From assembly GCA_038078735.1 (NCBI GenBank), contig JBBTTI010000003.1, forward strand, positions 8,538-72,537: a DNA stretch of 64,000 nucleotides. The letters run 5' to 3'. The notes beneath the pieces are model-generated. The model was not told the DNA's origin, did not search any database, and saw nothing but the letters and a program-made list of their open reading frames with translations. A program made the translations under genes and the position numbers. Below are positions 57,865-64,000 of this stretch, piece after piece. This stretch comes from Patescibacteria group bacterium (GTDB lineage: Bacteria; Patescibacteriota; Minisyncoccia; Minisyncoccales; CAZWNE01). How positions within the stretch are numbered: position 1 is the stretch's first letter; the number at the start of each line of letters is the position of its first letter.

Positions 57865-59450
57865 TTATATCTCAACAAACGCAAAAATTAATCCAGCGCT
57901 ACCAAGCCTGGCAAAGGGGTCTGGAACCGGCCAAACAAGGAACGGCGGTTATTCATGTGGACGAAGTTGCCTCAAAAGTGGCGGTTTTTTACGAAAAAAT
58001 CCGAGGAGTGATTGATTGGCGGGAAGAACATTTATTCAGAAGAGCCGGGATAGAAAGAATTTTGAAAAGAAGGCTGTTTTTGACAAAAACCGGCGAAAAT
58101 TTAGCCGAATCTTTTGTTTTAGAACTAATTCGCGGAGGATATTTTCCAAATGACCGAATAGAAGAAACGAAAATTCAAGATGTCCAACGGATTCTTGATA
58201 AATATATTTTTATTCTTCAGAAGAGCCGCGCCATTAGCGGAGAAAAAATAAAATTTCAACTTTATGACTGGCTGCTTTCTTTGGCAGCTTGTGAAGTGGA
58301 AGAAATTTTAGAGCCCAACCGCCGAGAACGGGCTTTGATTGAATTTATGGAAGAATCAATGCGGGAAAAAATAATTGCTCCGACCGGAATGCCAGACAGC
58401 GAAAAAAATACTCAAATTTCAATCGGCGTGCAGCAAGCTCTGTTCAAATTAGATAAAAACACCATCAGCTATCAACTCTTAAAAGAGAAATATCCCGATT
58501 GGTTCAATTTACCGCAACTCCGGCTTGAAGAAATCAGCCAAAATATCTATTCAATCTGGAAGACTATTGAAAAAGACCTTGCCCACCCTTTGGCCGGAAA
58601 ATTCTATAAGATTTTAGAAAGATATGATACTCCATATTTAATTTTGGGCGATGTCCTTTCTGTTGATCCTCAAAAAGCGCAAGAAATGATTTTGGATACC
58701 GGAACTCTGGAGGGCGCGATAAAAGAAACTTATTCTAAAAGATTACATAAATTAAGCTCCCGATTAAAAAAAGCAGCTATTTTCAGCACTATTTCAATTT
58801 TTCTGACTAAAATGGTGCTGGCATTCATCGCCGAAATTCCCGTTGATATATATATATTACACAATCAACTTAATCTGCAAGCTCTGGGATTAAGCGTTAT
58901 TATCCCCCCCCTCTTAATGTTTGCTATGGTTCTTAGTATCAAGCCCCCGAAGAAAAGCAATTTAGAAAAAGTAATAATGGAAACTACCAAAATAATTTTT
59001 ACAACAGAAAAAAAAGATAATTATAAAATTTACGCTACCAAAAAACGGGGATTTCTTTTAAGCGCGATAATCTTTATTGTCTATCTTATTACTTTCTTTG
59101 TGTCTTTCGCATTTATTTTATGGTCCCTGGATAAATTAAGTTTTGGGTTGATGTCTAAAATAATATTTATCATCTTCTTCTCTCTTATCTTTTTTGCCGG
59201 AGCAAAAATCAGAGAGAGATCGAAAGAATTGACGGTTGAAGAAGAAAAAGGCGGATTATTTTCTTTTTTATTTGATTCTTTTTCTTTGCCATTTTTACGT
59301 TTAGGGCAATGGCTCTCCGGGCAATGGACGAGATTCAATATAGTTATGGTTATGATCACGGCTTTAATTGATATGCCATTCCATCTTTTCACCGAACTCT
59401 TGGAACAATGGCGTTATTTTATCAAAGAAAAAAAAGATGAAATACGATAG
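57861..59450 (+). CDS. Hypothetical membrane protein
   Basis: YEKIR..IDWREEHL.RR..IERILKR; C-terminal TM bundle. Confidence 0.75.
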   Translation: MIISQQTQKLIQRYQAWQRGLEPAKQGTAVIHVDEVASKVAVFYEKIRGVIDWREEHLFRRAGIERILKRRLFLTKTGENLAESFVLELIRGGYFPNDRIEETKIQDVQRILDKYIFILQKSRAISGEKIKFQLYDWLLSLAACEVEEILEPNRRERALIEFMEESMREKIIAPTGMPDSEKNTQISIGVQQALFKLDKNTISYQLLKEKYPDWFNLPQLRLEEISQNIYSIWKTIEKDLAHPLAGKFYKILERYDTPYLILGDVLSVDPQKAQEMILDTGTLEGAIKETYSKRLHKLSSRLKKAAIFSTISIFLTKMVLAFIAEIPVDIYILHNQLNLQALGLSVIIPPLLMFAMVLSIKPPKKSNLEKVIMETTKIIFTTEKKDNYKIYATKKRGFLLSAIIFIVYLITFFVSFAFILWSLDKLSFGLMSKIIFIIFFSLIFFAGAKIRERSKELTVEEEKGGLFSFLFDSFSLPFLRLGQWLSGQWTRFNIVMVMITALIDMPFHLFTELLEQWRYFIKEKKDEIR

Positions 59451-60426
59451 GCGAAAATACTGGATTATTACATATGGCTGCCAAATGAATGAGTCTGATT
59501 CCGAACGAATTTCTTCAGTCTTGGAAAAAAAAGGTTATTCTGCGGCTTCAACAATAAATGAAGCCGATTTTATTGCGGTCAATATGTGCTCAGTCAGACA
59601 ATCGGCGACAGATAGAGTTTTTGGCATCGGTCAAAAATTGATTAAACTAAAAACAAAAAATCCAAAAATAAAAACTGTCCTGACCGGATGCATACTCAAA
59701 TCTGATAAAATAAAATTCCACAAAATTTTTGATGAAATTTGGAATAAAAAAACTTTACTTAGCGACAGACCATCTTCTTATATTCCAATTTCTAACGGTT
59801 GTAACAATAACTGCAGTTATTGCGTTGTACCATTAACGCGAGGCCGCTTAATTTGCCGACCTCACAAAAAAATATTAACAGAAATTAAAAATGCCGTAAA
59901 AAATGACTTAAAAGAAATTTGGCTTTTGGGCCAGAACGTTAATGATTATAATTCAGAAGGTGTAAATTTCGCAAAACTCCTGAAAATGGCGAGTAATATT
60001 CCGGGAGATTTCCAAGTCAGATTTATGTCGCCTCATCCTGCTTATTTTACCAATGAGTTGATTGACACCATGGCTAAACATAAAAAAATAGCCCGCTATT
60101 TGAATCTGCCCGTGCAATCGGGCGATAATAAAATTTTAAAAGCAATGAATAGGCCATATACGGTTCTACAATATAAAAATTTAGTTAAAAAAATCAGAAA
60201 AAAAATCCCCGATATCAATCTTTCCACGGATATTATCGTCGGCTTTCCCGGAGAAACAAAAAAACAATTTGAAAATACGGTAAAACTTTTTAAGGAAATA
60301 AAATATGATATGGCCTATATTTCTAAATATTCTTCCCGCACCGGCACTGCCGCCTTTAAATTAAAAGATAATATCCCTATAAAAGAAAAAAAACGAAGAT
60401 GGAAAATCTTAAACGACTTATTGTAG
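59437..60426 (+). CDS. miaB: MiaB-family radical SAM methylthiotransferase (no TRAM domain)
   Basis: TYGCQMN..DSE, NMCSVR, GCNNNCSYC, LLGQNVN, STDIIVGFPGE; adjacent to miaA. Confidence 0.88.
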   Translation: MKYDRRKYWIITYGCQMNESDSERISSVLEKKGYSAASTINEADFIAVNMCSVRQSATDRVFGIGQKLIKLKTKNPKIKTVLTGCILKSDKIKFHKIFDEIWNKKTLLSDRPSSYIPISNGCNNNCSYCVVPLTRGRLICRPHKKILTEIKNAVKNDLKEIWLLGQNVNDYNSEGVNFAKLLKMASNIPGDFQVRFMSPHPAYFTNELIDTMAKHKKIARYLNLPVQSGDNKILKAMNRPYTVLQYKNLVKKIRKKIPDINLSTDIIVGFPGETKKQFENTVKLFKEIKYDMAYISKYSSRTGTAAFKLKDNIPIKEKKRRWKILNDLL

Positions 60427-61250
60427 TTTTAGGACCGACGGGTTCGGGGAAGTCGAATTTAGCCGTTAAGCTTGCCAAAAAGTTCAATGGCGAGGTGATT
60501 TCGGCTGATTCGCGCCAAATTTATAAGGGTATGGACATCGGCACGGGAAAAATAACTAAAAAAGAAATGGAAGGTATCCCCCATCATCTTATAGATGTCG
60601 TTTCTCCCAAAAGAAGATTTACTGTTACCCAATACAGAAATTTAGCCCTTCGGGCTATAAATAAAATTTTTAAGAAAAATAAAATTCCCGTTCTTTGCGG
60701 CGGTACCGGTTTTTACATTCAATCTGTGGTTGACGGAATAGTGATTCCGGAAGTTAAGCCTGATTGGAAATTAAGAAAAAAACTGGAAAAAAAATCAGTA
60801 AAAGAATTGCATAAACTATTAAAAAAGCTTGATCCCGAAAGAGCAAAATCTATTGATAAATTTAATCCCAGAAGAGTAATCCGGGCTATAGAAATTATAA
60901 TGAAAACCGGAAAACCGATTCCGGAATTAAAGAAAAACCCTCTACCATATTCGGTCTTAATCATTGGACTGAAACTGACAAAAAATGAACTTGAAAAAAG
61001 AATCAAACAAAGAGTAGAAAAAATGATTAAGCTTGGATTGGAAAAAGAAGCAAAAAAATTTCTTGCGCCGATAATCGGTTATCAAGAATGGTCTCTGCCC
61101 AACCCCAAAGATTTAATTATTCAACACACTATTCAGTATGCCAAGCGCCAAATGACTTGGTTCAAAAAAGATAAGAGAATTATTTGGTTAAAAACTCAAA
61201 AAGAAGCTGAGAAGCTAACTAAGAAATTTCTGCAAAATATCTCCCACTAG
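60399..61250 (+). CDS. miaA: tRNA dimethylallyltransferase
   Basis: GPTGSGKS, SADSRQIYKGMDIGTGK, GGTGFY, YAKRQMTWF. Confidence 0.96.
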   Translation: MENLKRLIVVLGPTGSGKSNLAVKLAKKFNGEVISADSRQIYKGMDIGTGKITKKEMEGIPHHLIDVVSPKRRFTVTQYRNLALRAINKIFKKNKIPVLCGGTGFYIQSVVDGIVIPEVKPDWKLRKKLEKKSVKELHKLLKKLDPERAKSIDKFNPRRVIRAIEIIMKTGKPIPELKKNPLPYSVLIIGLKLTKNELEKRIKQRVEKMIKLGLEKEAKKFLAPIIGYQEWSLPNPKDLIIQHTIQYAKRQMTWFKKDKRIIWLKTQKEAEKLTKKFLQNISH

Positions 61251-62594
61251 TTTGGGATTAGCCCGGCCCTTGCTTTTGGCCATTACTTGGCCGGCTAAAA
61301 ATTGTAGAACATTAGTTTTGCCTTTTTTATAGTCTTCCATTGCTTTTGGATTTTGTGAAATAACTTCTTTAATAATTTTTTCCAAATCTCCTTCGCCGCT
61401 CATCTGCTCCAATCCTCTCTCTTTTATAACTTCCGAGGGCTGTTTTGTTGTTATTTCGGGTAAAATTTCTTTGGCTGTCGTTTTAGATATCTTTCCGTCT
61501 TTTATCAAAGTTATCATCTGTGAAAAATTTTCAGACGGGATATTATAGTTTTTTATTTCAGTGTTGATTAAGAAATCTGCCGCTGATTTAATTAAATCAA
61601 AAGATAAGCCCTTAGCAACTGCTTCAAAATACTCTCCTAAGTTTTTATCGTAAACCAGAACATCGACATTTTTCTCGTCTAACCCGTAATCTTTGATAAA
61701 TCTTTCTTTTCTTTGTTGGGGTAATTCGGGAATTTCTGACCTAATCTTATCAATAAAATCTGCTGTAAAATGCAAGGGCGGCAAATCTGGCTCAGAGAAA
61801 TATCGGTAATCATGCGCCGACTCTTTTTCTCTTTGGCTAACCGTTATCCCTTTCAGATCATCCCAGCCGCGAGTTTCCTGAATGATTTTTTCTCCCTTAT
61901 CCAATAATTCCGTCTGCCTTTTAATTTCATAATCAGCTGCTCGTTCTACTGAACGAAAAGAATTTAAATTTTTAATTTCTGTCTTAGTACCTAATTCCTT
62001 ACTTTTTGAAATGGATAAGTTAATTTCAACTCTCATCTGTCCTTTTTCCATATCAGCGTCGGAAACATCAAGATAATGCATAATCAGATGCAAATCTTGG
62101 GCAAATTGCCTCGCTTCCTTAGCCGAAGCGATATCCGGCTCTGTCACTAATTCCATTAAAGGAACTCCTGCCCTGTTAAAATCAACCAAGGAATAGTCTT
62201 TTTCGTGGATTAATCTTCCCGTATCTTCTTCAAGGTGAATTTCCCTTATTCTTATGCGCTTAGTTTCTTTTAGTTTAAGATATCCGTTTTTGCATAATGG
62301 TTCGTAAAGCTGACTGATTTGATAACCCTTTGGCAAGTCGGGATAGAAATAATTTTTTCTATCAAACTTGGAAAATTCCGGAATCTGACAATTTAAAGAC
62401 AGCCCTGTTTTGATAACTTTTCTCACCGCTTCTTCGTTGATTACCGGGAGAGTTCCGGGCTGGGCCGTACAGATGGGACAGATATTAACATTGGGGTTGC
62501 GCTCATCGGGATTATTTGAACAAGAACAGAACATTTTGCTCTTTGTATTCAATTCAATATGGATTTCAAGGCCAATAGTAGGCTGATATGTCAT
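61215..62594 (-). CDS. gatB: Asp/Glu-tRNA amidotransferase subunit B
   Basis: IGLEIH, FDRKNYFYPDLPKGYQISQ, DFNRAGVPL.E. Confidence 0.96.
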   Translation of the reverse strand: MTYQPTIGLEIHIELNTKSKMFCSCSNNPDERNPNVNICPICTAQPGTLPVINEEAVRKVIKTGLSLNCQIPEFSKFDRKNYFYPDLPKGYQISQLYEPLCKNGYLKLKETKRIRIREIHLEEDTGRLIHEKDYSLVDFNRAGVPLMELVTEPDIASAKEARQFAQDLHLIMHYLDVSDADMEKGQMRVEINLSISKSKELGTKTEIKNLNSFRSVERAADYEIKRQTELLDKGEKIIQETRGWDDLKGITVSQREKESAHDYRYFSEPDLPPLHFTADFIDKIRSEIPELPQQRKERFIKDYGLDEKNVDVLVYDKNLGEYFEAVAKGLSFDLIKSAADFLINTEIKNYNIPSENFSQMITLIKDGKISKTTAKEILPEITTKQPSEVIKERGLEQMSGEGDLEKIIKEVISQNPKAMEDYKKGKTNVLQFLAGQVMAKSKGRANPKLVGDILQKFLS

Positions 62595-63256
62595 AATTTT
62601 TTTGATTCTTCCACTATTTCCACTCCGGAAGACGTGCCGATAATATCTGCGCCAGCTTCCAGCATTATTTTAACATCAGACAGTGTTCTCACCGCGCCAG
62701 AGGCCTTAACTAAAATTCCCGGAGCCGATTCCCGCATAATCTTTATATGTTTGGCTTTTTCCGCCAACTCGGCATTGTCTAAAGGATCTTCAATTGTGGC
62801 GGTTTTAACGTAAATTGCCCCGGATTCTTTCACCATTTCCGAAGCCTTTTTTATTTCTTCATCAGTCAGATATCCTGAGCCGATTATAACTTTAGTCGGT
62901 AAAATTCTGCATAATTCTTTTAAATCTTCTGACACTTCCTGGTATTTTTTATTTTTAAAACTATCTATCTGCATCACCAGTTCAATTTCATCGGAACCGT
63001 CTTTTTTGGCCTGCTCGGCTATTTTTATTCTTTCTTCGTGAGAGCTGGCGCCAGTCGGCGCATCAACCAAAGTTGTGACCTTAACGCCAGAATCCTTTAA
63101 AAATTCTTTGGCCCATTTTGTATGTTCAGGATAAACACAAAACGCCCGAAAATCGTATTCCTCGGCCTCCTGGCAAACCTTTTTTATTTCATCCTCCCCC
63201 GCTCCCTTTTTTAAAAATGTTTGGTCTACTATTTTAGCAATATTTTCCATACTCAA
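62591..63256 (-). CDS. deoC: Deoxyribose-phosphate aldolase
   Basis: DQTFLK, CVYP, KVII, VKT, VKASGAVR, IGTSSG. Confidence 0.88.
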   Translation of the reverse strand: MSMENIAKIVDQTFLKKGAGEDEIKKVCQEAEEYDFRAFCVYPEHTKWAKEFLKDSGVKVTTLVDAPTGASSHEERIKIAEQAKKDGSDEIELVMQIDSFKNKKYQEVSEDLKELCRILPTKVIIGSGYLTDEEIKKASEMVKESGAIYVKTATIEDPLDNAELAEKAKHIKIMRESAPGILVKASGAVRTLSDVKIMLEAGADIIGTSSGVEIVEESKKL

Positions 63257-63293
63257 ATTTTAGCAAAATTTCCCCAAAATAAAAAGCTCCCAA

Positions 63294-64000
63294 TCACTTG
63301 GGAGCTGCCTTTTTATAATATCGGCAATCTTTAACTTCCGGACATTTACCATAAGTGATGCACTGCGGTTCAGCCCACTCTTTGAAAGCTGGTATAGTGT
63401 CTTTTATATATTTCGCGATCTGCCAGGCGATAATTCTAATTTCCCATTGGGCTTCAACACAGGTTCTCTTTCCTTTAGTATGCCAACTTAATTGGGTTGT
63501 TATGCCGGCCGGTAAAAATCCTCTTAAAATATCAAAGGCTCTGGCTTTAATCGCTTTTTTATAAACAATTTCGTCGTCTGCTTCTTTTTTAGGATACTTG
63601 CCCGCCAAAAATTCCTCCATTATCGGCAAACTTTCTAAATAAAATTTCATCCAGTTTTGAAACACAGCCCTTGATTGGTCAGTTGCAATCGGGTCGATTA
63701 TCGGTTGTTGTGACATATCTACATAACGAGTGCTTGTTTCTTGACCACTATATAATGGCCAATCCTGGATTGCCTTATCGCCAAGAATGCTGATGCCTTC
63801 AATAAATATTGTCGTGCTGCCGCAATCAGCAATGCTTGCGTGACCGTAGCCAACGTAAAATTGCTCCATGAATTTGCCTGAACCTGTTTTTTTTACTTTT
63901 TCAACATGTTCTGCCACGCTTTGCGGACTTCAGGAATAAAGCGCTTGCATCATTGCTATATCCTCCGGCGGAAATTCATCGTATACAAATATTTTTGCCA
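63294..64000 (-). pseudogene. thyX: FAD-dependent thymidylate synthase (ThyX), nonsense mutation and apparent chimera
   Basis: ALYS*S (TGA at 63930-63932 where R is expected), YGHASIAD, E.STRY, R.FLP.G..T, then RTC..AQWEIR. Confidence 0.75.

Noticed and set aside
63930-63932. TGA recoding (genetic code 25) or selenocysteine
   Set aside because: thrS, rnhB and deoC end in TGA, other genes have no in-frame TGA, and the expected residue is Arg

Overview
AT-rich 64 kb chromosomal segment, most likely from a Patescibacteria/CPR (Parcubacteria-like) genome. This is inferred from streamlined housekeeping genes, apparently leaderless starts and CPR-type hypothetical proteins; the standard code 11 is used (TGA is a stop). 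The backbone carries translation, replication and division genes (fmt, efp, ychF, dnaX, cysS, dnaB, recR, rplU, mraZ-rsmH-ftsI, tgt, rplJL, def, trmD, rpsP, rnc, nusB, rpmF, rnhB, dnaE with an intein, thrS, miaAB, gatB) and 6 tRNAs. No rRNA or CRISPR array was seen. A dense repeat layer overlies this backbone: two REP-associated tyrosine transposases (RAYT/Y1) with their own flanking palindromes, a GIY-YIG gene between tRNA-Gln sequences, a GxxExxY nuclease inside 37-bp inverted repeats, and several palindrome families, many inserted in-frame in essential proteins. About 15 orphan ORFs form self-contained minus-strand cassettes (sigma70 promoter, boxA-like motif, strong SD, structured 3' module with kissing loops). 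They are often bracketed by a 23-bp TGTTAG-N11-CTAACA palindrome and by diverged duplications of neighbouring gene ends. This cassette/palindrome system, and a ~170-nt kissing-loop RNA candidate, are the most novel-looking signals. All calls come from reading the sequence by eye; no searches were run.
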